Source of the DNA: Haliotis rubra
Taxonomy: Eukaryota
Length of the DNA: 64,000 bases
Direction: 5' to 3'
Assembly: GCF_003918875.1 (NCBI RefSeq)
Contig: NW_025767479.1
Location: 620,001 to 684,000 of the forward strand
Both the position numbers and the translations under genes were made by a program. The notes under the pieces are model-generated. The model was not told the origin of the DNA and did no database searches. It saw nothing but the letters and a program-made list of their open reading frames with translations. Position 1 is the stretch's first letter, and every line of letters begins with the position of its first letter. Positions 38,001 to 50,924 of this stretch are shown here, piece by piece.

Positions 38001-39684
38001 CCTGAAGCCAATGGCTCCATGGCATCTGTTTGACATACCATCTGGTTCAGGCTAGCTGTGATTCCCTGCAGATCATTGACCCAGTGTCTCTGTTCAGTTC
38101 CTGATGTGAACAGGTCGATACCCATACCATGCAGATACATATTCTAGTAGTCAATAGTCCAACAGCCTGAGATGGAACCGACATAGATGGGGTAAACTTG
38201 TGTAAGACGAAGCAAACATGTCAGATGCATACCTCCATCGTGGTAAAGTAAATAGGTCATGGGATTATGTTCACGCTCTTGGTTTACCGTGAATGGGTGT
38301 TCAGTACATTTGGGTCATCAGTGATACCTTGTGTTCCTGGTTTCGCTTCTCTTGTATCTCATGTCCTTCAGTTCCTTCAAGGTCGTGGTGGGCATGAGTG
38401 TTGAAAGACACCGACTGGGTCGATGTGGAGTGGTCACCTGAACCATAGATGCAAAGATTGATCTTCCAAGTGTTCAGGAATGTTTGCCAACATTGTTGGA
38501 TGTTAAAAATACGTGAGGTATGATCGAGAAGGATTGTCGACATCGGCTCCCCCGTCGTGGAATACTGCGGTTCTAAATATACCCCTAGCGGCTATAGCGA
38601 GTCGTGGGTGTGATGATATCTTCGTTAACGCATGTACAGCGCGTGTCGAGCACGAGTAGCTAAAGGTGGATGTTCCGAACCCTACTGTTACAAAACGGAG
38701 CCAGGGCAAGACCTTTACCTGTTAATAGCAACCCTGCGAATTCATCCAGCAGCAGTTTCGAGGTGTTTACATGACATTGTTCATTCATACTATCTACGAA
38801 AGGCTAAATCGCTCTGGTACACAATTGACTGGTGGATTTAGCAAACTGCAACATGGACTCTCTCGACTCGGGATGGTGAAGTTGTTAAGATAACCAGTCT
38901 TCCCGAGAGGATCCACAGAACCATGAATATATAATGGAATCAGTTTGTTCCCAGGGAGGCGAGATGCTTTGTGCAGCCTGGTTCAGCTATCTACCCATCT
39001 ATCCACAGTCCATCTATCCATGAGTCATGTGATATTAACCCCAATGCACATGATGATGTGTCGCCGTCTGCTGTAGTTGTCGTCTGCGCACCCTCGGCTC
39101 GGTGTAAGGTAGGCATTATCTGATGGGCGCAGAGAGCAGATGATTCAAGTCACAAGCTTCGGCATCATTCCCAACAAGCAAGGAAACAGTCATGTGGAGA
39201 GCCAAAGTGATATACGCTTGCACAGTTGGCCATGAACACAACCATCACAGAGAATATTACTCTTTGGAGTCGGCCATTATGACGACCCCTTGCAAGTGTT
39301 TGACCCTGTCCAATAGTTAAGGCACTGTGTATGTTCTTCACCCTTTAATCATGTTCTTACTCTGGAATTAAGGTAATAGGCTCCACGTTGCGATATGCCA
39401 CTGTTTTACGAAATTGTATGCCAGAAAACTAAGAACTCGACAGATGTAAAATCCTCAGGTCCTAAGCGTTGGATAGGTCGCTTTGAGTCATCTGAGACCA
39501 ATTCTTTCAAACGGTCTGTGAATTAATAATCCAGTCTGGAATGGACAGAACCGTTTGATAATTTAGATTGTAATGTAACAAAGATCATCGTGGCAACGAT
39601 ACATGCTGTATCGACGAAGTATTCATGGTAAAGCTACTATCTAAATCTCTTGGAGGCGTTCCTTCTTCCATTCGGTCCACAACC

Positions 39685-40048
39685 ACAACCAATGCTTGTA
39701 AATGGCGACGAAAATGATCATGATGGGTGTCGTGATTGAAACCGTGTCACGTTCTTCGTACCCGACGGGCCTGACTGAGTTTGGTTTTACGCGCTTTTAG
39801 CAATATTCCAGCTACATCACGGCGGGGGAACACCAGAAATGGGCTTCACACATTGTACCCATGTGGGGATTCGAACCCGGGTCTTCGGCGTGACGAGCCA
39901 ACGCTTTAACCACTAGGCTACCCCACCGCCCCCGACGGGAAGGTACTCATGATATCGACCACCGGTTTGTCTGATCCAGGATCGATCATAGATAGGCCGT
40001 TGATATATATAAAACATTTCTGAGTTCCACGTTAAACGACAAAAACAG
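39685..40048 (+). mobile_element. Old family A-like copy interrupted by a family B SINE
   Basis: ATGCTTGT..ATGGCGAC lies before the SINE and CTCATGAT.TCGACCAC.GGTTTGTCTG.TCCAG...CTGAGT.CCACGTTAAAC lies after it. Confidence 0.55.
39770..39932 (-). mobile_element. Family B tRNA-SINE, near consensus
   Basis: Reverse complement of family B, flanked by the duplication (CC)CGACGGG. Confidence 0.95.
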
Positions 40049-41899
40049 CCCCCAGACACAAACAATCGAACGTTGTATATGATATGATGATGAATGGTAA
40101 AAAGCTTCTGATTGCAACACGAGGCGATACTATGTTTATCAGGACTGCCTATATGTACAGATGGGCCAACCTAAATATTTTGAAACCCGACAACATTTTA
40201 TTACCTCCCATTAACGTATTCCTGCAAATATGTGTTTCACCATGGTAACCAGCCGTTAAGTACGCTGTGGCACAGTGCCGCCATATTACCTGAAGATTTA
40301 TACGCATGTCATAACATTCAAGCCGTATCGTTGAAGATTACTCATGTCCTAAAAGATGCCATATAACACCTCGGGATGGCGTGGACTCGTCGCGGGCCCG
40401 AGTTGTAGTGCTAGAAGGGTCTACAGTGGTGAGGCGACAGATGGGGCATAACACGCCTGATATTTCCTTCATTCGGTTATATTTACAACATATGTCTTGA
40501 TATTTGTTCTTTTTCTTTGCATTAGATTGTTTACCATTATTTTCAAGAACCTGGTTACAATTATGGAGTTTTCACCTGTATAAACGAGATGGGTGTTTTA
40601 TTGTAGTAATAGGCCTGGCCAGAGCGATATAGTCATATTTTCTTATGTATTTTACTTTCTTATTTCTTATAGCCCTTCTTGGCATTTAGCAAGCAAGAAA
40701 GAAACAAAATGTTTTCGAAAGTGAGTTTGTGTATTCTACATGGTAGTTTTGATCTGCTGAACATTAAAGATAATCATCGAGACCCACTAACAGGCTAGAT
40801 GATCTGAACTAGCACGTGGTCTATACATACAAGCATAATGGACATCGCTTCCGACACATTTCAACAGTTCATCGCTGAATTAACCAAAGAAACAGTATTT
40901 GTCTGAGTAAATATTGTATAGTGTCTTTGCTTTGGTTACAGCAATTCTAAGTAAAAAACCCAACTTGCTTAAAAGTTTCAACACATACGTTCAAGTGATG
41001 ACTATTTATGTTTCAACTTCCGCAACAGCCATACAATAAAAAAAAATCGGCCAACTTCCTTTGCCCTAAAGATACTACTACCTTTACAACTATAATTGTG
41101 TCCCGTTATTCCGAGCTGCCGCTGGATACACGTGTTAAGAGTTCAGAAACATACAACAGTGGCTTGACTCTGTGGGGACAATATCGTCATTCATATACAC
41201 AAGAGAGGCGTTGATTGCGCACTTGCGTTAAATGAATTGAAGACTATTTCCCTTGTAAAACCACACACACTGGCATTTATGCCCAGACTCCCCCCAAACC
41301 ATACCGCATTGTACAGCACCTGCATGCAAACAGGCGATTGGCGCCGCCCTCAGCGCCAGATGTCTGGGTGGGGGAAAGACAGATAGCAGACAGACAGCCA
41401 GGGTTATCACAGATCCAAAAACACATTCCGTTTTCTTTTGAGATCCGCCATGGCACTCAATTCCAGCCTTGTGTGCAACATGGCGGAACTTCCGACTGTC
41501 TGTGTCATTAACTTGAACTTTAAATCTCTATTTATTTTCTGTGCTATTTAGGGAGTTGTGCACAATGTCTCTATTAATTGACAATATACGAGTCACGTTT
41601 TATGTATACTTCTCTTGAGTGAATTGACCTGACATGGTGTCATCGACAGGAGGCGATCTCTGGATATAGCGTTAAGTCATTAAGGATCGTATTTTGAAGT
41701 TCTCAGTCCAGGTGTACATGTTTTACGGATCGTCTCTAAAACAATGGATTACATAACATACATTATGTTAAGGCAACAACTCTTTTAAGCCCATGTTAAA
41801 TCCTTTGGGCCAAGCACTGCAGTATGCTGTGCAAAGTAGCCTCCCTTTGCCATGCCAGGTTCTGCTGGTCATATGTTCCAGTCCCATAAGCTGTCAGCA

Positions 41900-42050
41900 C
41901 CTTGTCCGTGGTCATTGGTAGCACCAAGGTGGCAAACTTAATGTTAATTTGATTCACATGGTGTTGCTGAAATACGTTTAACTCGAACAGTAAGCCAGAA
42001 CAGTTTTGTGACGACCTGGGTTGACCAGCAGATGGAGATGAGTCAGTCCG
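41900..42050 (-). pseudogene. Possible LINE RT thumb-region relic
   Basis: GLLFELNVFQQHHVNQINIKFATL resembles LG..FD..L.F..H...I..KA...L of CR1/L2/Jockey-type ORF2. Confidence 0.3.
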
Positions 42051-44444
42051 ATACACTAAAAACTTATATTCGTATTCAATTACACAAAAACGTTTTAAAT
42101 TTTACACTTAACCATTTTTGTCCCTATCCAATGGACACCAAAGGAGTAGTTTTCTAATCCAGACCTATCAGTGATCTTCCTATCTTGAGGTGCCTGCCCT
42201 CATCGGATGAACGGGTGTTGGCTCCATAACCTAACATGGCCTCTTCTTTGAGTGAACTGAACTGAATTATATTTCGCTCGATGCTACAGAGATCTATATA
42301 TACATATAAATACATGCCATTTCTCTACATAAAGAGAGCAGTGTTATTATTGTGAGTGCGCACGCCCCAACACTTCACAGGTTTGTACAATACATCAAAT
42401 ATCTCTGTTGGGGCAAAAACAGAGCCATGTCCATGCCACCGACTACGTTACGAGACGTCTGTGACGTTGATGTGCAGAAGTGTCGCTCAGTGCAACGATT
42501 TCTGATGACTGACCACATCTAGGGAAGATGTTCCTTGTGGAGAGTCTGGCGGCCAAGAGGGGTTGAAGAACGCCACATTACAGCATGTCCCCGACTTCGC
42601 TCGCTTATCGACCTGCGCTCAAAGTCAAAATCCCTGACGAGACAAAAATTGCGGCTTCCTCTTCATCGCGTATAGACATGTCTTGTCAACGAATTAAATA
42701 ATCCCGGGCGTATTTCTCCATTTAGCCATGACAATGTGAAATCAACTTCTCACTCCCAGATCCCGACAGATCTCAAATCAGCCAGGCATATTCCAGCGTC
42801 CATTGCTTTCAAAGGTCTTTGTCAGCCGACTGGCCCTTGATTGTCCTCATTCGTCAAGTTCCGACTCAAAGATTCTAGATTGCAGCCCCTTCATGTCAAT
42901 AGGCCTCCCCTTCCATCCAATAACAGGCGACCTGGCTCATCAGCCCTCTGGAGGTTGCTTGACCATACACTGAATCCAGACTAGCTAATCTTTACATATC
43001 TATTGGTTTTGTAAATCGAAAAGGGTTTAACCTGAGTCTAAGCAGCATACCTAAAATGATGTTATTACCTGGACCAATTGTTAACCCTGACATCAGTTTG
43101 GAAGTTTTGCTTGAAGGATTCCACATTTGCTGCCATTTATGTTGAGACATTCACAAAAGATCGACGCTGTTAAATATATATGAATCTTTAGCTCAAATAC
43201 AAGACTGTTCAGTTATGGATTTCCACAATATTTTATTATGAATCTATCGATCCTGACAATTATATCGGCCACATGATAAACATGACTGTTCTATATAACG
43301 TCTGTGAAGCGGTGGCTCCTTACGATGACTTGGAATTCGGCAAGAGACGACATAAGTGCTTGCAATGTCCCATGTGGAAGAACGGCAATTATTGGTGACC
43401 AGCCCTTGACATTACACAAGTAATCTATGCCGATTGCAGAATCGGTTGCTTAATTCCTACCAATCATGCGCATGCGTCCATGAATCACCATCAGAAAGTG
43501 ATGATACCATGTGTTCGCCAAAGGTGAGAGTGTTCTGCCCCACCGATGGTACCCGTCCCGATGGACATTGCTGCTTACTCTGCATCTTCAGTCCGGGAAC
43601 TTGTTATCTAAACGACCCGCTTGAACTTTCCGCACAGTGAATTGACCATTTGCCATCACAAAGGGCTCTGTTTCCAACTGTTACCAAGAGTCCACCTGTG
43701 TTTGATCTCGCCACACATCACACCACATTCAGAACGAAACTGTCTCAGCGATCGTAAAGTGTCTTTGTACCTTCGGCGAACATAAATGCTAGATTCAACC
43801 TTTTCGTTGGTAAATCGTAGCGCTCCGTTCAGATAGCTCCCTATCAAGCATCTTCATCGTGGAGTTGCCATTCTTCTCCTGTCACTCTCAGAAGCGGCTG
43901 ATGTAAGCCTCTTAAGGGAGCAGACGACAGAATGATGGGGCTGGTATTAATACACAATGATTGGAACGCGGGCAGTCGTCCGTGGATTTGTCATCCAGGA
44001 CTGGTTTGAGGTGTGTCTGGCGCCTGCGCTGGGTGTGAGAAGTCAAGTGGTCTGCCTCCTAAGTTGAAGACACCATTCCGGAGGCGAAGGTGGCAGTCGC
44101 TCATATCCTCTTTGTCAACACACCGCTACTTGGTGATATTGATCAAATATTTGAGACATCCACGTACATCTTAGGCAAGCTGTCACTCCGTGCCTCTTCA
44201 TTCTTCATGTTTAGACCTATGATTTACTGGATTTATAACGATCTCTTAACGAGGAGATGGTGGTTTCAATGCTTTGCTGACTTGTGTTCTGTTTACTGTC
44301 CAGATACTGATGGAATACAAATTGATGGATTAACAGAAAACTAAAAAATGTCAGCAGCAAGATATATGAAAATCTTAAACCATTATTCAGCTTTTAGTTG
44401 ATATGATGTTTACTGTAATTAAGTACCATGAACAGCATTGGGTT

Positions 44445-44548
44445 TGCCCTGGGTTCAATTCCCCACATTCAGCGTTTGAATTTCGTGTGTCACCGACGTA
44501 GTATTGGTGGAATACTGTCAAAAAGCGTAAACGGGTTTTACTCACGCC
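44445..44548 (+). mobile_element. Degenerate family B fragment
   Basis: CCTGGGTTCAATTCCCCACAT...GGAATACTG.CAAAAAGCG. Confidence 0.45.
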
Positions 44549-45074
44549 ATCGCAAAGTATAAACAATAAGAAAAGCATGAAATTCAGTAAATGGTTTATT
44601 TTTGCTCGTGGGCTATACATAAAACTGTCATCGAAATCGTTTTGACACTTGCACTCATGATCGCCGGTAGTATTCACGTTACTATTGTCAAAAATCACAA
44701 TCTATCGCACGTTTGTCTTCAGCTCATCCATTAGAAGCCGCTTTAGGTCGGAGGCAAGTCTGTCACCAGAGGCCACCCAATAATTGGTACCAACATAGAA
44801 ACGAACGCCATTTTGTGTCACGTGGCAGGAAGTTAATCCATTGATGTAGCGAACATGGGACCATCACTAATTGGACTTTCAATCCCGTGTCTGGTGTGTG
44901 TACACCCTGCATCATTCGGAGCAACAATCTACAACTGTTTTGTGCCGTGGACGATATATGTTGAGCTAATCCTGTTATATACACTGTTTGACTACTGGAT
45001 GATGTCTTTGTTTTGTCATTCGTCACACAATACCTGGTAGTTGGACAGTAAGTGGGTCATTGTGATGAAGGTTC

Positions 45075-45314
45075 GTTGGTTTGTTGTTTAACGCCACATT
45101 CAGCAATATTCCAGCTATATGGCGGCGGTCTGTAAATAATCGAGTCTGGACCAAACAATCCAGTGATCAACATCATGAACATCAATCTACGCAATTAGCA
45201 TGTGATGACATGTGTTAACCATGTCAGCGAGTCTGACCACCCCGATCCCGTTAGTCACCTCTTAGGACAAGCATGGGTTGCTGAAGACAAATTCTAAACC
45301 GAATCTTCACGAGT
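45075..45314 (-). mobile_element. Family A short retroelement, full length
   Basis: The reverse complement begins ACTCGTGAAGATTCGG and ends in (CAA)n. Confidence 0.93.
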
Positions 45315-45366
45315 CCATACCATTGAGAATAGGGGACTTGAGTGGTATGGACGAAATCTGATAATT

Positions 45367-45580
45367 CTCCGTGAAGATCTGTGGTTTCAACAGGTCTAGG
45401 CTGGTCGCAACCGACTCAGTGGATCGGGTGATTTGAGTGGATGGTAGTATGTCATCGTACCTCGAAGGAGTGGGTCGGTGCTCCTTATATCAATCATTGT
45501 TTTTTCTGATGCAGTCTCTGTTATCTACAGACAAATGTCACAGTTGGTATATTGATAAGGGCGGCTTAAATCACTCAGAC
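45367..45580 (+). mobile_element. Old family A-like copy, head-to-head with the 45075-45314 copy
   Basis: CCGTGAAGATC...GGATCGGGTG...TGTCATCGTA...TTGGTATATTGA...GCGGCTTAAATCACTCA. Confidence 0.6.
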
Positions 45581-45634
45581 ATTTCAATACCAAGCTTGTC
45601 GTGTGGTCACTAGTACCTCTTAAACTGGGTAGAT

Positions 45635-45900
45635 CTAGTTCCTCTGTACCCGTGTTGTGTATCGTGTCCATGCATCAGTGGTCCTCTGTCCGTTAGGCTC
45701 CATGGTATACAATCTGACGAGGTTTCGTTCCTGGATTCTCTGCAGTTTGTCTCGGTCTTCGACCAAACCATCTTCCACGCTCCATTCTTGAAGGCCGCAC
45801 AATCTCCGAGAAGTTGGCACTGCTTGTAGGCCCTAGATTATTCCGTCAGCACACACTTCATCATGGCCGACCCACAGCATCCTCTCTTGGTATATTCCCT
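45635..45900 (-). pseudogene. Possible RTE-type LINE ORF2 C-terminal relic
   Basis: LWVGH...PTSRR..G...W.V.D...EDR resembles the W.GH...R..G....W.D...DR..W C-terminus of RTE ORF2. It contains stops. Confidence 0.3.
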
Positions 45901-48900
45901 TGACATAATTGCCCGGGCGACTAAATCAGGTTCAACTCAGAGAAGGTGATGTATTCGACTGATATCTCAGCACTGGCCTGCAAAATGAAGACAAATTCTG
46001 ATAGCCGTCTGACAAGGTTGCCTCAGCACGTTGCCAAAACGCGTCCGGTTGCCTACTTTAGAAGATATTTGTCAAGAGAATATGACGACCTTGAAGGGAG
46101 ATGCTCTTTTCTGTGAGATAACTTAAAAGCAAGCCTATTTCACCACAAGATATATACACATTTGCTCCAAGCTCTGAACTGCTCTAAATATGTTGTCTGG
46201 TGCACTATTGACAACTGTTTATCTGTTTGTAATATTTTACATCTTGTTCAAAACATTAATTGGAGTCTGAGATATATTTAAAGGATAGTCTGCGGAATAA
46301 GGCCAATGTGTCACAAAGGCCAATGCGGTGAAACACCTTTGATCCAGAATCCATTTTAGAACAATTTGTTCTTTGGAACATTTTAATGTATAGAAGGAAC
46401 ATCACTACAATGGTTCGTTAAGCAAGTTATTGTTAAGTCTGAGCGATCTCATCTGGAGTCATTAACGGGTTATCAGTGTACATACTTAGAACCTAACATG
46501 GAACTCATGGATACATCGTACAACAGGCGGACGGAGACTTGTTCAAATGATTTTGATTTTATTCCAGAATGTTTTCTTATACAAATTTGCTTTAAATTTA
46601 CAAATATATCTAAATCGTGATTTGACTTAGATCATAGATAAATGGGTTGTACCTACAGCCTAGGGGTTCGTACAGTCTGAGCTGTGAGGAAAATGATCCG
46701 CGTATTTTGAGGATGTACTCTACGGGAATCACTGCTACTCCCCGACGCCCGCTACCGCGTCAACAAACATTCCGTTTCCAGCTACCCATGCAATTACCTA
46801 CCCGGGAGAATGCAAGCATAGGATGTCCAGGAAGAAAGCTGGTTCTTATCTTCAACTGATAACTTTGTTTTTGATACTCAGATAATGAGAATTGTCCGCG
46901 TTGTTCCGAGAGAACCGATACACTGGTACCGGAGAAAAAAGGAAGAAAAAAAAGGATATATTGTCTTGCAGTTGGTTTTAGATTTGGTATCGAAAAACTG
47001 ATTGCGTTCAAATGCAGGTGTTTAGTCATGACGAGGTCCCGTCTTATCAAGGAGTTACAATAATGGTGGTTCCTTTCGCCTCGCACAACGTCATGCACAG
47101 CTGGAAGTGAAGGATTTGAAGGCGGATAAAGAAAAGAACTGTTTCAATCAGTGTAATTTATAGTTTTAAAGAAACCAATCGTATTTGCCAGGAAGTTATA
47201 TTAAATTGTAACTCTCGTAAAGGTCGACGGCATACTTTAATGACGTAAATGTGTCTCCCGATGAACTTTCTATTGAATGGTGTGAACAGTGGGAATTGCA
47301 CTGGTCAGCAGCAACACTACTGACCTTCGCGTTAGTGGTCAGACAAAGCGGACACCGGCGTGGCTCAGTGGGCCGAGTCAGCTCCCCGCTGGAGCCCTGA
47401 CAAAGGTCAAAGGAGGGTATGTTCTTATTCTTCTTTCTTTCACAGGTCGGTGGCATTCCCTGCTTGCGAGCTGATTAATCAATCAGTTTATGGCAAGCCC
47501 TAGTGATACGGTGACGCACCTGTGACGTCACGAGGCTCGTGCTTCCGTCAGCGGTTGTCAATTAGAACGATCAGACTCACTGTACATGGACATTCGCGCT
47601 TTGGCAGGATACAGACTCGCTTGGTGACGATTTCACATTTGGTATCCAAACATGCCTTGTCCTGTCGTATCTGGTTTACCAGTGTGTGGGTGTTGCATCT
47701 CACCTTGGTAGAGTGAGAGTCAAATATAGACCAGTAACACATTCCGTGTATATTCTGTTTATTCCTTTGCGATGATCGGGCTATAGGTAACTCATCACGT
47801 TATAGAAAGATTTGGCATCTCATGAGGTATCATGACCATCTGCTATACTTTCTGTGATATAGTGTCACTCCGAAAGTTTTGAAATACTGAATAAAAAAAA
47901 GAATTAAAAAAAGCCCTGAATCCAGACAAATAGGTGTGAGTGAGTTGGAATTGTTCATTACATCTGTTGGGAAGTTAAGTTGGCGGAAACAACTGCTGAA
48001 CGCTAAGAACTTAATGCAACTTTACGAACTACGTTAATATCATTCTTTAGACTGCTGCGCCTCGAAGACGCTGTTTGGTGATGTTAGTTAAGTCATCAGA
48101 TTGTTCACTCTCATAATCGCTTTGACAAGGTCAGTCTGGCAGACGAGGAGAGTGTTCAAGTTTTGAAAGAATCGCTGTTTCCTAGCTGCACATTTGTGTT
48201 AACAGAGACAGTAAACAGAAGCCAACAGTTAGTCAGATGCAATGGCTGCACTTTATCGTCTGCAAATGGTTTGGAGTTAATCGACCTTCACCTTGAAGGA
48301 ATATGTGCAGGTACCGCTAGCGCAAAGAAACGGCTTGAAATACTTGGGGAAGAAATTCCATTCATTGCCCCAAACCCGGTACAGCAAGCAATGACGTCAG
48401 CAGGTGCGTTAGGGTCAGTTTTCACGTCTGCTTTATTTATTTCCGCGGGAAAAGATTTAATGCCTTTACCTGCCTTGCCATATATATGTAGCCAATGTAG
48501 GTGCCACGGATTTAGTCGCATGCAGTGGTTCCCCCACAACCAAGATGGCTAACTGGCAAACAACTCTAAATGTCTAGGGCGATCTAGTGATTTCCCATGA
48601 AAGGCTAATGGCCTACTGATCGAAGAAAGAGCTACTGAAAGAAGCAAAACAGCAAAACGTTGATTTGTAAGACATTCTTTCTGAACTATGTTTACATGAT
48701 AAGTCTATGAAGAATAGTGCCTTGTTATCATTTACATCCTCGCAGTTTGTCTGTCGAACCCATATGGTTTAAGCATTCAACGAAAGTGAGTCAGTTTAGT
48801 TTCCTCTCAACCCAAAACGTCAACAAAGCCATAATTTCGTACATAATGCTGGCAACCTTTGATTGTTTTGATAATTGGATATGTCCTGTCATTAGAGTTG

Positions 48901-49687
48901 TTAAAGAGACTTATGTGAATGTCATGACGTCAGCAAGCCTACAACCACGTCTTGGTCGTGCGTACTGCCAACAGCAAACGATATCTGCCATTACCGAGTC
49001 CACAACACTTCGGCATCAGTATGTGTATCGCCTTTCATACAACAATCGCCGCCTCAGCGTGTTCCATTTTGGGTACGTTCTATTTCTGCTGATGTGCGTT
49101 TTGGGGAAATTACGTTAATATTACCTGCCGACAAAGTACTAAAGATTATGTGTCGCTCTCGTTTCGGTGTCGTATAAATGGTAGTCTTCTCTGGCGGGAA
49201 CATGACGCTCTGTCGTCTGCGCTGACGTCATAGGCCGCCTGAGTACTGTAGCCAGATTGGTCCCTGGCGAAATGGTGACAGTATTAATAGTGTTGTGTTC
49301 ACACATAACACCAAATGCTCCCAGAGGTCGTGTTTCTCTACGTACATAGCTATTTGGGAAAGTATTTTGATTGGAAAATAGCTTCGCTGACTATTCACCT
49401 GAGGGATAACACTGATATTGCTCCTAACGTCAGGGTAAAGTCGTAATAGTATATAATAACCATGTTAACGAATATAAAACAGACATTATTTTCATTAATA
49501 AAGTATGTTCAAATGACATGCGTTCAATTCGACTTGTAAACAGCTGGCTAATACACAGATCATCTATACAATACTAGACGTTCGACAGTTTTAACCGACA
49601 TGGCATCCAACTTTAAAGTACGTTCATGGTTATTATTGATGAAAGGACCATTGAGATGTGTATGGTTGATAGGCAGCCACGCAGTGC

Positions 49688-50410
49688 AGCTGGATACCTC
49701 TGTACAGGTGTGTACGTGAGCTGGATAGCTCCGTGCAGGTGTGTACGTGAGCTGGACACATCTGTACAGCTGTGTAGTGAGCTGGATACCTCCGTGCAGG
49801 TGTGTACGTGAGCTGGATACCTCCGTACAGGTGGTACGTGAGCTGGATACCTCTGTACAGGTGTGTACGTGAGCTGGATAGCTCCGTGCAGTTTTGTACG
49901 TGAGCTGGACACATCTGTACAGCTGTGTAGTGAGCTGGATACCTCCGTGCAGGTGTGTACGTGAGCTGGATACCTCCGTACAGGTGGTACGTGAGCTGGA
50001 TACCTCTGTACAGGTGTGTACGTGAGCTGGATACCTCCGTGCAGGTGTGTACGTGAGCTGGATACCTCCGTACAGGTGGTACGTGAGCTGGATACCTCCG
50101 TACAGCTGTGTACGTGAGCTGGATACCACTGTACAGCTGTGGTATCCAGCTGTTTAGTGAGCTGGATGTCTCCGTGCAGTTCTGTGCGTGAGCTAGATAC
50201 CTCTATACAGCTGTGTAGTGAGCTGGATACCTCCATACAGCTGTGTACGTGGGCTGGATACATCCGTACGACTGTGTACGTGGGCTGGATACATCCGTAC
50301 GACTGTGTACGTGACATGGATACTATTGTACAGCTGTGTACGTGGGCTGGTTATCTTCGTACAGGCGTACGGACACCTTCCTACTGCTGTGCACTTGAGA
50401 TGGATACCTT
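49688..50410. repeat. 30/31-bp minisatellite (~23 units) with a 153-bp higher-order duplication
   Basis: The unit is GTGAGCTGGATACCTCCGTACAGGTGTGTAC. The first five units recur as a block with the same diagnostic variants. Confidence 0.97.
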
Positions 50411-50924
50411 CAGATCTCCAGATAATGCCGTATCGCTAGTTTGCGTGCTACTGCAGCACTTAGGTTCTTGCCGAACATGATTATTTACATAGCCTAACAC
50501 GATCGATGTATCTCGTCCGAATCAAGTGAACTTTGTGTACTGGTAGCTCACATGTCTAAAGGTATATGAATTCAATAATAAATCTAGCAACATCTTGACG
50601 AATTATTAACGTTCACATAGCGTTAGCATTCAGAATGTCTTGCAATGATCCGTGCGTTTTCCTCAATCACGTCAGACATTCCCCCTATATCCAGTTGACA
50701 TGATCTGATAGAACTGACGTTCTTAACACACTGGCACCAGTGCTACAGCCCAAATGACAATCAGTTGACGTTATTTAACACATCAAGTCGACACACTTGT
50801 GCACTCATTGACTCTGACAGACTTCAGTTGAAGATTTCACTGCACCTGTAATGTCACTTAAAATACCATGATGGATTATTTCCACACATATTTCGCATCA
50901 CCCCAAACGTTATGTATCCTGTAT

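Noticed and set aside
36100-38500. Scattered LINE endonuclease-like peptides on the minus strand (and an RT-like QIPTDLKSA at ~42760)
   Set aside because: The motifs are too degenerate to support by eye. A profile search would be needed.
45308-45380. Hammerhead-like GAGTCC...GGACGAAA with a 10-bp stem (GTCCATACCA/TGGTATGGAC)
   Set aside because: The upstream sequence is CTTCACGA, not CTGANGA, and the GAGT belongs to the head of the adjacent family A copy. There is no stem I.
49560-50480. Long repetitive ORFs (189 and 234 aa)
   Set aside because: They are by-products of a stop-poor minisatellite, and the 30/31-bp units shift frame.
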